In this document: one piece after another, positions 47,001-56,273 of the stretch
How the letters are laid out: the number at the start of each line of letters is the position of its first letter
Numbering within the stretch: position 1 is the stretch's first letter
The notes under the pieces: generated by a model
What the model was told of the DNA's origin: nothing
Database searches by the model: none
What the model saw: the letters and a program-made list of their open reading frames with translations, nothing else
Assembly (NCBI GenBank): GCA_020137815.1
Contig: CM035361.1
Location: 1,116,001 to 1,180,000 of the forward strand
Direction of reading: 5' to 3'
Length of the DNA stretch: 64,000 bases
From: Hormiphora californensis
Taxonomy: Eukaryota; Animalia; Ctenophora
Position numbers and translations under genes: made by a program

Positions 47001-49826
47001 CTGGACACCGAATAGTGGAACTGTTGGTTGAGGCAGTCAGACATTCAGGTATCAAGTTATTGAACCCTTATATCATGAAACGGTCTTATCAAGAATTTGA
47101 GACACCAACTTTGAATTTACCATGAGCTAAATTTTGGGTTGTCGCCAACCGGCGTACTGTACGGTATTATTTGACCCCGTTTCCCAACTTCTACAATCAG
47201 TTTGTTTCTCATAGAAGTAAACTTTATGGTCCAATGAACCAGGAAATTGGAAACTCAATGACTCCCTCACCAGCTCCTACCTACTCATTTTACTTTCACA
47301 ATGAAAAGTAATCTGATTTAGAGTAGGTAGCTAAGATTGTTGCAGTCCTATATTAGGGCAGATCAAGGTCAAGGTGGCAAAAACTAGTAACTTATTTAAT
47401 CGTCAGTCTGTTTAGCTATCTTTTGAAATTATTTGCAAGGATTCTAATGTAGTATCTTGCCACGATATTAGATTAGGGGGCGACGGTTAAAATCTCCGCG
47501 CCTAACATCCGGGGTTGTCTTCTAAGGGGGGGGGGTGGGGGGGGAGGATGGGAACACTCGTATCTCATTTACCACTGATAGTATTAGGGTGTTTGTACAC
47601 ATAGTGGGGAGAGGGGAGAGAGAGAGAGACGGAGAAGGTAGAGAGAGGAGAGGAGAGAGAGAGAGAGAGAGAGAGAGGAGACTCTCCCTCCTCCGGTTCC
47701 GCCCCTCTTTCTAGGACAGTATCTAAATATGAAGGGTACCCCTACTAATTACCCTAACAATTCAAATTTCAAGAACTGATCATTCTCAAGTTCAAAAACC
47801 ATGACCCAAATGAGAAACATAGCTCCAGAAAAAATATATCTCACAAGCCAAAGAAGGGATAACAAATTCCCATTTACCTGTGATGTAAGGTCATCATTAT
47901 CTTTCTTCAGCTTCTCAACTTGTCGTGTTGCTGCTGCTAGATCTAGTTTTGTTAGATGTTCTTCGATCACACGATTTCCAGGAGTTCAGGTGGTTGGGTT
48001 TTGCTGCCTGGAAAATAAGGAAATGGGGGTTAGGACCTGGTTTCTATTTAGAATTGAAAAGTGAGGAGATTGGAAAGAGAGCTCCAGACATATGTCCTCA
48101 CATGGGGTATGGAGGTGTAGTTACAGTCCCAGTTACGACGTCGGTAGGGGGGGTGTAAAGATGCATATGTGGATCAGATGCTGACACCAGTGCTGTAGTA
48201 AGAAGGGAGAAGGGCAAGTGACTCCTCGGAAGTAGAATCCGACTTTCTCCTCGTACCTACGTAGGTCCCGTCCACTCTGGAGTGTGTACACTTAATTGAT
48301 TGAATGTAAAATATGTCAATGATAATTCATTAATCGATATCGGGAATTGAACTTTATGACTCTTTATATTTATTATCTTCTTTGACCAAGCTTTGTGTAC
48401 AAGATGTAGCCTGAAGGGAGAGAGAGTCCCTGACCCATCTTTTGTTACCATGGTTACACGCGGAAATGTGCTTTAGTGCACCCCACTTCTCTCTCCTCCT
48501 CTCTCTCTCTACCTCTCTCTTCTCTCTACTCTCTCCGTCTCATTCCCCTCTCTCTCCACGTCGTCCTCTCTTCTCTCCTTCTCGTCTCTCTGCGTTTTTC
48601 TTCTTTGGCTTAAGTCTATTCTTTCTGCTCTGTCTATCATCCAGTTCTCTATGTTTGGTGTGAAGAAAAAGAATGGGGGGTGAAGAAAATCTGCGTTCTA
48701 TCTACTTTCCTCTCTCTTGTTATCTTCTTGTGCTAAGCGTTCAATGTCTACTCTCTCGTCCTCTCCTCTCTCCACTCACTCTCTCTCGAGTTCTCATCTC
48801 TCAAATTCGACTCTCTTCCAAGCTGAGTACTCTCCTCTCTCTCTCTGTCTCGTCTCTCTGGCTCTTCAGGACTCAGTCTTCTCTCGCCATCAACGGGCCT
48901 CTCTCTCTCTCTCGTCTCTCGTCGTCTCAGTCCTCGTCTCCTCAGTGATCTCTCTCTTCTCGGGACCTCGGTCTCTCTCTCATCTCAGTCTCTCTCCTCT
49001 CTCCCCAGTAATACCTTCTCTCTCATTTTGCTTGCCCCTTAATCTCTAACCCCCTCCTCCTAAAACAATCCCAGAAAGAGGCTAATCACCACTACTTATC
49101 CGTGCAGGCCCCTTCCGGCTCCAATATCTCGCTCCTGATTGGTTGATATGAGATCACGTGACATAATGATGTGCTGTGATTGGTGGAGTGTAAGAGGTAA
49201 CCATAGTGCGTGTCGCCCCCGCCCCCCCCGCCCGCCTTCCCCCCTGTCCTTTCGTAGCCATTAGTGTCCTTTCCAAAAGGGGACAAGAGAAGGGGAAGCG
49301 TGTACCCCAGGCGGAGTAAGTAAGACGTCTAAGATGTCCCGAATAATTATATTCTGCCAATAATGTGACGTTTCTATGGGAAAAAGATGAAGGGAACAAT
49401 ATATTTTCATGTTCCCAAGTTGGAGTTGAATGAAGATTCATCAGCGACCTCTCGAGCGAATCTCTCGACACTAAGTACGTCTCCAACATTTGCCACAAAT
49501 CTGAATCTGACACGTCCATCGGATATTTTTGCGTGTGTCGCGTAGTGTTATAAAAGAGATATGCGGATGGGTCATTTTAAATTGCTGAGAGAGAGGTAAA
49601 GGGAAGTAGTGAGAGAGAGAGAGAAAGAGAAAGAGAGAGAGAGAGAGATAGAGAAAGATGCTGATGATGAAGCATACATGCAATAGGCCAGTGCATGTTA
49701 TTCACTCGCTCGTAAGTAGCAGGGCACTTGGCAGCCTTTCACAACTTTCCCTCTCTCTCTCCCTCTCATTCTCTCCCTCTCTTCTCTCTCTCCGTCTCTC
49801 TCTCTCTCTCTCTCTCCCTCCTCGCC

Positions 49827-49857
<31 letters not shown>

Positions 49858-49858
49858 G

Positions 49859-49910
<52 letters not shown>

Positions 49911-52101
49911 GTCTACCTCGCTCTCTCCTGTCTCTCCTCTCATTCTCTCGGTCTCATCATCCTCCCTGCCTCTCCCAACTCTCTCTCTCTGCCGCCTCTC
50001 GGATCTCTCCTCGTCTCTCTCTCTCTCTCTCTCGTCTCTCGTCACTTCTCGAGGCTCATCCGCTCATTTCTATCTCAGTCTCGTTCCGCTCTCGTCTCTC
50101 TCCCTCTCACCTCTCCTCTCTACTGCTCTCCTCTCTTATTTCTCAGTCTCCTTCTTGGGTCACTCTTGGCTTTCTCAGTCTCTCACGCTTCCTAGCCTTC
50201 ATCTCAAATCATGCCTTCACATCTCTTTCCTCTTTTTCCTTCTCTTTCGCTCTTTCTTTGTTGTCCCATCTCTACTTTGATTCCCTTTGTTTGTCCCATC
50301 TCTACTTCTCTAGTCCCATCTCTACTACTTATGATCCTCTTTCTTCTCCCCTTTCCTTTTCTCCTCCTCCTTTCCTTTCTCATCCCTCCTTTCTCGACAT
50401 TCTTTTTTTCCTCCCTGCTCCTCTGCTTTTCCTCACTCCCCAATCTCTTCTCCTCTCAATATTTCCCTTTTTCTCTATCAGTCTCTACATTGTCACAGTA
50501 ATGACGCACGCTACATGGAAAGGGATGTCGTGTATTTGGAGCGTGTAGAAGGGGGGAGTGTTACATGAGAGTTGTTCGACACAGGTGCACTACCCTATAT
50601 GAAATGGGAAATAAGAAATATGTAATTATTACAATAATTACTCAAGTATTTATAGCAAAAACAACCCTCAAATTGTGTACGACCCCCCCCCTATTCCCTT
50701 GATTCTTCTTCTCCCGTACTACTGCTGCAGTCACATCAGCTCCTCCAGTTCCTCACATGCAATTGTGTTGGGAGGTTTTAAAAAGTGTGTGTGTACTTGT
50801 GTGCATGAAACAAACAAGACTAACAAAATCTGCAGTGGACTCCTATCTCTTTCTCTGACTATCTCTCAGTTCTCATTATCTCTCTCTCTCTCTGTATCTC
50901 TATCTCTCATCGTTCTATTTTCAATCGGCCCAGTTCCATAGCATCTCCACTGTTTCCACAATTATCTCCATAAAACAACCCTAATACTCATCAGGTGCGA
51001 ATCTCAACAATGAAAGTAAAAATCAAATAAAAAATAAAAAAATAAAAATAACACCCACCTCTCGAAGTTTCTTGTTCTCAGCCTCCAAAGTTTCCACCTT
51101 ACTCTGGAGGATGAGGTTTTCAAACCTCAACTGCCGCACCTCACTAGCATTATTGTTGTTATTGTTTGTTGTGGATGAGAGTAGAGGGGCAGTTGTGTTA
51201 CCAATTGAAGAGTAACGACCCCCACCACCTCCGCCTCCAGTGTCTTCTAGCACCGAGGAGTAGTGATTCACTGTGGGATATAGAATGTGATCAATACAAA
51301 CTATGAAGATCAACGAAACTTACATTTGAACTTTGTAAAACGAGCATCTTAGATTCTTAGAGTCACTGATTGGCATCTCTTTTCAGCAGCCGAGGAGAAG
51401 CTGTCGAAGAGAGAAACCTTGAAGCTGATAACATCTCTTCATACCTGAATTGTTGAGTGCTCTGATGGGGGATGCTGTTCTGGCGTTTAGTGATCTGTTA
51501 GGTGATATGCTCTTCCCAAATGCTGTGGGTGAGACTGATCTGGGGACTGTTCTTCGTTTCAGACGTGGTGAACCGGTTGGGGAGAGAGACCGGTTATACC
51601 TGGAGAACGTTAATTTAGAACATCATCTCAATGATTATCCTTTACAAGAGAGGTGGTCGGAGGAATTATTAATAATGGCAAACAAGAAACTACCGTGTGG
51701 TTAAATCGTTTGACAAATGCGTGGGATATAATGTTGCTCTAAATATTCCCAGACCTGTCTTGGATTCTTTCTCTGTAAGGCGAACTATTTCTCCCTGTTC
51801 TGTTTGCTCTGCTGGTGTACAATGGTGCATCCCCTGCCCCATCCTCTATACTGATTATGTCAACATTCGCACCTGGGGAAATAAATCAACTTGTTATACC
51901 TATCATCAAGCGACAAGAAAGATATCATCAAATAATGAAAGTAATATTTCTGATGTTGATCATTGCAGATTACTACAACATCATTACACTTACATTGGAT
52001 ATTATCAGCTGTAAAAAATTAACGATCATAATTAGGCTAAATTAGTTACCTGTATGAGAATCTTTAAAGTTGAATAAATCCACGTGAGTCCTATTAGACA
52101 T
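14211..52101 (-). CDS. Multi-exon gene (30+ exons) for a giant coiled-coil protein, roughly 3500-4000 aa; centrosomal/rootlet/golgin-like composition, orthology unknown; 3' end uncertain
   Basis: ATG at 52101 (MSNRTHVDLFNFKDSHT). GT-AG exons, mostly phase-compatible, traced at ~51755-51871, 51445-51599, 51058-51271, ~47878-48007 (contains an indel), 46679-46800, then about 15 short exons between 46550 and 40020, the giant exon 30785-38354, 30554-30658, 28547-28676, 28199-28294, ~27934-28045, ~27590-27684, 27248-27412, ~23257-23354, 22986-23083, ~16714-16762, ~14934-15066 and ~14501-14701. Most are heptad-rich in E/K/L. Confidence 0.8.
15425..16050 (-). other. Degraded duplicate of the exon/intron segment ~14630-15150; probably an assembly artefact
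   Basis: Collinear but indel-rich similarity, for example gtatatcttacctgtgc and ctctgtctccctcgtt occur in both copies. Confidence 0.6.
17049..17195 (+). promoter_or_regulatory. Conserved upstream cassette, copy 1 (TATAAA at 17159)
   Basis: Near-identical to 18566-18711 and 21857-22002. Contains the palindrome TTGCACGTGCAA, an inverted repeat at ccctggatctctaggg, TATAAA and a second GCACGTGC. Confidence 0.7.
17235..17858 (+). CDS. Cluster gene A: N-terminal-anchored Glu-rich protein; its tail reads out of frame through the start of gene B
   Basis: MFGNKTPLIFGCIAAAAAGGALLYWISKEEDPQ followed by EEKREIEE repeats. ATG lies 76 nt after the TATA box. Confidence 0.6.
   Translation: MFGNKTPLIFGCIAAAAAGGALLYWISKEEDPQPSHPVVEPEEAQHEEPEMLQGEAVQAEEEQNGWGEDEKIETEAEEIEEEREIEEKREEEREIEEKREIEEKREEEREIEEGEIEKEREIEEKREKEREIEEKREDEKIETEAEEIEEIEEGSDGTGTPLHIHQHTTVCLSNHVLNESEVCYNCCHSWSCNGLLPLVDKERGPRG
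17758..18088 (+). pseudogene. Cluster gene B, frameshifted
   Basis: MFSTKVKFAITVAIAGAATASYLWWTRKEDPE, stop at 17889. Downstream frames carry ELKELEKRVSEL and TFSPRHV...ERKDDTFYLSL*. Confidence 0.7.
18089..18540 (+). repeat. Conserved 3' block of the cluster unit; other copies at ~19438-19740, 21509-21835 and 22693-22905
   Basis: Shared strings: ttttacttttcac, acgctgttt, gcaaccaa, tactggacac, tttcgggt, agcaa(c/g)gatcca, gccacaacc. Confidence 0.85.
18289..18389. mobile_element. 101-bp insertion with a 9-bp direct repeat (Mutator-like size)
   Basis: gctacgcag flanks both sides, ends are ttgg...ccaa, and there is an internal hairpin. The paralogous block at ~21690 shows the empty site. Confidence 0.65.
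18566..18711 (+). promoter_or_regulatory. Conserved upstream cassette, copy 2 (TATAAA at 18675)
   Basis: Same elements as copy 1. Confidence 0.7.
18749..19306 (+). CDS. Cluster gene C: anchored Glu-rich protein with three 21-aa repeats; the family tail continues out of frame to ~19437
   Basis: MLTFKTKIIAGCIAAAGGAVMMYWLTRKEEEE, then (EEPQAVTPEEAEQxxTPCKGP)x3, the third copy varied. ETFSPR lies after a frameshift at ~19280. Confidence 0.7.
   Translation: MLTFKTKIIAGCIAAAGGAVMMYWLTRKEEEEPQAVTPEEAEQADTPCKGPEEPQAVTPEEAEQEDTPCKGPEEPQAVTPEEAEQEENLYKGPEEPQEEEVLQEEAVQEATKETNGEEMKAVEEPEELDEGKSETELEIETEEIEIEKGELEKEREKDEVEELMRLVEDAEEDYELEVRGVREKS
20104..20310 (+). pseudogene. Cluster gene D, truncated where it joins a promoter fragment
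   Basis: MLTTMISGCIAAAVVGALMYWLFKRQEEPQPDDT. A degenerate cassette lies upstream (19735-20060). The ORF runs into tctccagggg..tataaagtgaaatactc at 20293-20322. Confidence 0.65.
20397..20535 (+). pseudogene. Cluster gene E: internally deleted relic
   Basis: MFSTKAKAAVAVAG, WWMNRKE and FSPRNAEKKDDTFY occur in shifting frames, downstream of TATAAA at 20306. Confidence 0.55.
20576..20862 (+). pseudogene. Cluster gene A' (paralogue of A) with an in-frame TAG at 20720
   Basis: MFGVKTQLIFGCIAAAAAGGAILYWISKEEEDP...EEAQHE*PEEAQHEEAEMLQDEAVQ. Confidence 0.7.
20913..21508 (+). pseudogene. Cluster gene B' (paralogue of B), frameshifted, with a triplicated C-terminal motif
   Basis: MFSTKVKLALIVAITGAATAILY, then LWWTRKEDPENEEPALP in another frame. 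Ends (TFSPRHVERKDD)x3-TFYLSL*. Confidence 0.7.
21857..22002 (+). promoter_or_regulatory. Conserved upstream cassette, copy 3 (TATAAA at 21967)
   Basis: Same elements as copy 1. Confidence 0.7.
22051..22692 (+). CDS. Cluster gene F: intact 213-aa anchored acidic protein
   Basis: MFSTKIKFGMAVAAAAASGAILWWINRKEE, a Glu-rich body, a coiled-coil segment (LEELERLVSELE) and the tail ETFSPRGEDERKDDQYYLSL*, all in one frame. Confidence 0.8.
   Translation: MFSTKIKFGMAVAAAAASGAILWWINRKEEPEKVEANEDPAILKMEEEGANEAQEDYVGEDADGEKKEESYGEEIEREESEFEREELELEREELETEIVVPGVLGGVGWIGGELGCLEEQEEESEEEVEIWGVRVVEEKERLEEEVEELMRMVEKAEESELEELERLVSELEMREEKKKSRDEYAKGKTNQEDETFSPRGEDERKDDQYYLSL
23657..24959. mobile_element. Foldback element with ~610-bp arms, TTAA TSD and GG..CC ends (Kolobok-like)
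   Basis: ttaa|gggtacacctggcg...cgccaggtgtaccc|ttaa. Arms 23657-24269 and 24347-24959 are nearly perfect complements. Confidence 0.88.
25211..25678. repeat. Inverted-repeat remnant of a further element, with ~70-bp arms and an extra direct copy at ~25100
   Basis: taaatgtttctctaaaaattcatggagagc...gctctccatgactttttagagaaacattta. Confidence 0.7.
25694..27059. mobile_element. Inverted-repeat element with 8-bp TSD and GG..CC ends (Merlin-like), containing 17-bp and 64-bp internal tandem repeats
   Basis: aaagtttt|ggcaggtcggtagaac...gttctaccgacctgcc|aaagtttt. (gaatttagggtaggtct)n occurs in both arms. Confidence 0.85.
26402..26736. mobile_element. 335-bp hairpin MITE with 2-bp TSD (AG) and CCC ends (CMC/EnSpm-like)
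   Basis: It splits one 64-bp unit: atgag|cccccataaaaaagtcgc...gcgacttttttatggggg|agttg. Arms are ~155 bp. Confidence 0.85.
29244..30221 (+). CDS. Intronless divergent rhodopsin-class 7TM GPCR-like protein (325 aa), nested antisense in intron 28677-30553
   Basis: Seven hydrophobic segments. TM1 GILLNPIV; TM3 end LMAFSLYRAVADPF in the DRY..I..P position; basic ICL3 QRRNSAKMVLVL before TM6. Confidence 0.8.
   Translation: MAVFVDTFTRGCKDIKRTFPSYVDPLFLTLVVLLSLPGILLNPIVMKSRISRISNSIPALLTTCLCGVYLVLGVFISTNWTYSIVKDTPNQDLEYRDATAFDKIYNFFYYSGNLYSAALLYLMAFSLYRAVADPFDAVPYKEILRKVIGFGIAAVVICMPALAITIYNTDAGLIIYKFSQLVADSESKKTNYSVIVNMFSRIVSDILMFSLLISSLEHAWRTIKMLRQADDTPAETREQRRNSAKMVLVLVGGQIVKVILDTIGTFYPISPYVAVTQFCLFQCFQPSYTAVALLVVDRDTFLEVRKMLAGFKIPSSQVRSECTGH
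30402..30525. mobile_element. Truncated TA-flanked MITE end (Tc1/mariner-like)
   Basis: ta|cagccggaccccgatttaccgg with a repeated atttaccgg motif. No matching right end was found. Confidence 0.4.
30785..38354 (-). CDS. Single ~7570-nt exon of the giant coiled-coil gene, carrying two apparent 1-nt frameshifts (~37545 and ~37165)
   Basis: Acceptor aattacag| at 38355 and donor |gtac at 30784. ORFs 37536-38282, 37127-37747 and 30718-37188 overlap and join into one continuous coiled-coil reading. Confidence 0.85.
38379..39768. mobile_element. Foldback element with ~605-bp arms and TTAA TSD (Kolobok-like), related to 23657-24959
   Basis: ttaa|gggtacgctaacc...ggttagcgtaccc|ttaa. It shares internal blocks (gacctcaaatatgcaattttagccc; cgattcagaaggtccgattttggggggg) with the first copy. 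Confidence 0.88.
42114..42339. repeat. 38-bp minisatellite, six copies, spanning a splice acceptor of the giant gene
   Basis: Unit gggatatctgttgtaagtatacgggggtaatgaatcat. Confidence 0.95.
44010..44118. mobile_element. 109-bp hAT-type MITE, second copy
   Basis: Collinear with 13676-13784. One TIR mismatch; the TSD is eroded. Confidence 0.8.
48480..50460. repeat. Degenerate (TC)n-rich low-complexity intronic region of low sequence quality
   Basis: Broken CT-dinucleotide runs at 48480-49030 and 49750-50460. Confidence 0.75.
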
Positions 52102-52586
52102 TCTAGCTGCTAAAAGGTGTGTTATGTAACAACACAAACTTAATCTAGATCCCAAGATTATTCTGATTTCGCTGGAATTATTAAATTACCGCCAGTGAAT
52201 TTTGCACATTTACGGTTGATACTCCATCCGCCATCCGCCATCCAGCCAAGGTTGGGGCTACTGATAAAAATGAGCAACAGGCCAGGTCGAACAGCCGAAA
52301 ACTGCTAGACAGGCTGCAGCTGAAAACGCGGGCACCGTCGGCCTGCACACCATGTCAAATTACAAATACTAAGTGTCCAGACTAGAATAAACGATGATAA
52401 ACCAGTTTGGTGAAGGTCTTGAACCGGACCGTCAAAACAGATTGAATGCAACAGGACTGTTGATTTTTGGGAAGCGGTTTTGGATTTTTCAGAATATAAA
52501 GTGCGTTTCAAACGACTTGACCCGTAATTCTTGGAATTCGGCGCATCGCGCGTGTATTTACAAAGGGGAAATCTTGGCCTATGCTA

Positions 52587-53185
52587 CAGGCCCTCTAGAA
52601 GCCGTGGAAAACGCGCGCACTTGGGGTCTGCAGCGCATGCCAAGGGGAAATCCTGAATTTCCAGGAATCTCAGGTCAAGTCGTTTGAAACGCACTTTAAT
52701 TTTTTTCCGAATGAGATTTTTTGAGGCGCGCATTATCGCGACGCGCACTTGGATAGTGCAGCGTTTAATTTTTTCCGGCGCGCGCTCGACCTTGTAAATC
52801 GAAATTTGCAGATCCAAAACTTACAAAGTTCGAACATTTTACTTTTTTGAAAATCATCGCTCGACGTTGGGCGCCGTTACGATCTGGGTGTTTGGTGGCC
52901 TGTTTACAGGTGCGCGCTGCCAAAAAAGTTGATTCACTAAAACGGCTCTAACCGCCGAACCACTCAACCGTTTTGGCTAATTCAAAGTTTATCTGGTAGG
53001 GAATGTCAAGGCCTAACCCCAACCCAAACCCCAACCCTAACCCTAACCCTACTTTAGCCCTAACCCTAAAAAACCGTTTGTCAGCACTCACGAAACACCC
53101 AGATTTTAACGCTGGCCCTCGACGTTGGCATGCGCTGCAGACCCCAAGTGCGCGCGTTTTCCACGGCTTCTAATTTAAGGGCCTG
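52587..53185. mobile_element. TA-flanked MITE with ~57-bp TIRs (Tc1/mariner-like) and an internal (CCCTAA)-like tract
   Basis: ta|caggccct..tagaagccgtggaaaacgcgcgcacttggggtctgcagcgcatgccaa, with the inverse ending agggcctg|ta. Confidence 0.8.
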
Positions 53186-53212
53186 TATCGACGCCTTGTC
53201 AGACATTAGTTA

Positions 53213-53502
53213 GGGGAAACTCTAACTGAATGGCATCCCATTAATGGGATCCCATCAACAGTAAAACTCTAACTGATAATGGACCACAGTGATGGTTCTT
53301 TCTCTGTATTCTCTCTGTAGGCAGTACATCTATGTACTTCCTACAGAGAGAATACAGAGAAAGAACTATAGGACATGCCCGGGCGTGGGCGCGCACACAG
53401 AGAGAATACAGAGAAAGAACCATCACTGTGGTCCATTATCAGTTAGAGTTTTACTGTTGATGGGATCCCATTAATGGGATGCCATTCAGTTAGAGTTTCC
53501 CC
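53213..53502. mobile_element. 290-bp hairpin MITE with TTA TSD (PIF/Harbinger, Tourist-like)
   Basis: tta|ggggaaactctaactgaatggc...gccattcagttagagtttcccc|tta. Arms are ~105 bp and perfect. Confidence 0.88.
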
Positions 53503-54219
53503 TTAGGGATCCTCTCAAGAACAATAAGATATTCCTAACTGGTAGCCAATTTAAGCCGAATGAATTATGGTTAGGAACGAGTGCCACACTGGAACCTGCC
53601 TGCGGGGGGCTCTGCCCCCTACGCCCCCGCCGGAGCTGCGCCCCTGGACCCTGCTTGTGGCGAGTATCACCACCCACGCCCCCCTGACCGATGCTGCTGC
53701 CCCTGGCCCCGGATACCCAGGGAATTGCTGGGCCGAAGGCCCAGCGCCGTCCCTGATCTCTCCGAGAAATAGTAATCGATTCCACTGTTACTCACGGTGA
53801 CGACCCACAGCATGAATGGACATCACGCATGAGACACTAGCTCCACTGACAATTGTAACCCCCACGAGCCAACCCATTGCAGGAGAATCCAGTATGGTGC
53901 AAACGTAAATTGTGCCCTCTTCCCTGTAGTCTGTAAAGAGAATGGTTCAAGGGAAAAGTAAAAACTTCAGAAAACCATAAAACGGAGTGACAACCGAATA
54001 ATTGTGCTTCAACAAAGATACTGCTTCTTCACGATTCTCATTAAATTATTCAACATTTTCTTTCACTCCCGTATTGTGTCTGACTTCCCCAACCTCGTTA
54101 ATTCACCACTCACATTGTATTTGCATCAATCATCACCACTACTCCACCCTTATTTCAAGTTCACTTTACAGTGACATAGCACCAATTGCCTGAGAGTGTG
54201 TGGGTGTAAGATTACTTGC

Positions 54220-56204
54220 TCACTTCTCAAAATATTCCTTTATCTTCATCAGGATCTTGGGTTGTTTTCTCTTTATAAACCTCACCAGACTATCCGGCAC
54301 TCCCTCCAAATTCAGATCAACCTTCACGACATACACCACACTGCTCACATCCACCTCTGGCAGGGGCTCTATAATAAACCCTGTCTCGAACATGGTACTC
54401 CTGATAATATCAGGGTTGACAGGACACCTGGGGTGTTCACATGAGGCATGTGCCAGGATCCTCTTATCCCCCTCCTTCCTGTCGTACTGGAAGTACAACA
54501 TATCCCGGCCGTGACCAATGAAACATGACCTGGCCTTGTGGTGAGCGTATACCAGCCTCAAATCCTCATTAATCTCCGCTACAATGTTGGTTTTATAGAG
54601 CGTGGCATCGTATGTGAACCTTGTCCTGGGATCCCTTAAAAAGTCCATTATCTCCCTCTCTGATGCCCTGATATTAGCAACCCCTGCCATACACTGTATC
54701 GTGCTTCCTTCTTCTCCAATGTCCACACCTCATCGTTCCTCTCTAACACCTTCCAACCCAGCTTCTCAGGACAAACTGCTGCGAATCTAACCGCCTCTAG
54801 AACGTTTATATACTCTCTGTAGAGACTTGCAGCGGCACTATTAGCCATGGTAACATAATCATTGGTAGCATCATCCACGTCAGACCCAATCTCAACAGCA
54901 TCATCGTCCAGACTCCAGAAACACAAATCAGGGTGTGATCCATACTCGTTCCCAGCGGATCTCCTGAGACCCAGGTTGGTAGCGATCTCGATATTGCTGC
55001 TGCTGGAGGGAGAGCCGGTGTGGGGGACTCGGAAGTGGGAGTTATAGTCACCGCGGCCCAGGGACAGTTCCATGTTGAGAGACTGGTTGGAGGGTAGACG
55101 ACGGACATCGAAACTTTCGTTACTGTTACTGTAAAACCTGGAACAAGATATTCACATTGTGAGCTTGAATAGAAATCGTAGTTTTGTAAAGAATGGAATT
55201 GGGAGAGTACACTCTGCGAATATGTAATTCCAACCTGCTCTCGCGTGCGGAGTAACCCTCCACCTCATCTCGGATTATCGCCAGAGCCATCCCTTGTCGC
55301 TCTAGAAGGGCATTCCTTACTGCTGGGGGCATATCTGGTAACCTCATATCTACATGTATCTGAAGAAGATGTTGTGAGTTGGGTTAAATCGTCTTTTGTG
55401 CAGCAGCTCTGCTGTTATAGTGGGGGACAAGTTAATGTGATCCAAAAAAGTAGTTGGTCCCTATGATTTAACTCTTACCACCATACTGATGAGAAGACAT
55501 TTATCCCTTGTTGCAGCATCCTCAGTCTCCTCTATCTCATATCCAGAGTGATACAACCAGCCCCGCTTCACATCAGCAATGCTCGGGGCGTAGGGGTTAT
55601 CCAGTATGGAGGTGTAGGCTATGAAGTGTTTGTTTCCTGAGAAATGATATTCAATTTATAGTATCGATATTAATTTGGCCTAATAGACAGATAAGTTTCC
55701 TAAAATGTATACTAATTGGCCCGAGAAAATAATGATAACACTGACTATTCAGCCCTAACTAATGTTTTGTTTAACTGACCTACGGTTCGTTGTGTGGCAA
55801 GATAACAGAGATCAATATTATACTCCATCATGCAGGCCTTGCTGGTGAAGCTGGCGTAGTTGAATGTTGTGTTTTCATCAAACTCTTGCAACACATAGTT
55901 CTCCTGATAAAAGAGGTAGATTTAGCATGTTTACCAAACGTTCATCAACCAGACGCAGTGGGACCCAAAGGCTGCAATATTTCGTAATATTCGCGAAAGT
56001 TTGAGGAAACTCCAATCCTAATTCCCGTTAAACGACCCGTTCCATACCGATCTGTATCGATTAGTGTTGTCTATCGTTTCACGCCCTAGAACGCTCTAAA
56101 GATATATCCAATTGACCCTGACAAATACCAACTCCCACCCACCCTCACTCCTATTGTTTATCTAAGACCTACCCTCTCTTACTGAATCTTCTAGTTCCCT
56201 ATCT

Positions 56205-56273
<69 letters not shown>

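Noticed and set aside
53012-53068. True or interstitial telomere
   Set aside because: Short, degenerate and enclosed by MITE TIRs.
53794-53930. Possible extra minus-strand exon after the START gene
   Set aside because: It has AG/GT borders, but its open frame does not match the phase of the candidate upstream donor and there is no recognisable homology; left unannotated.
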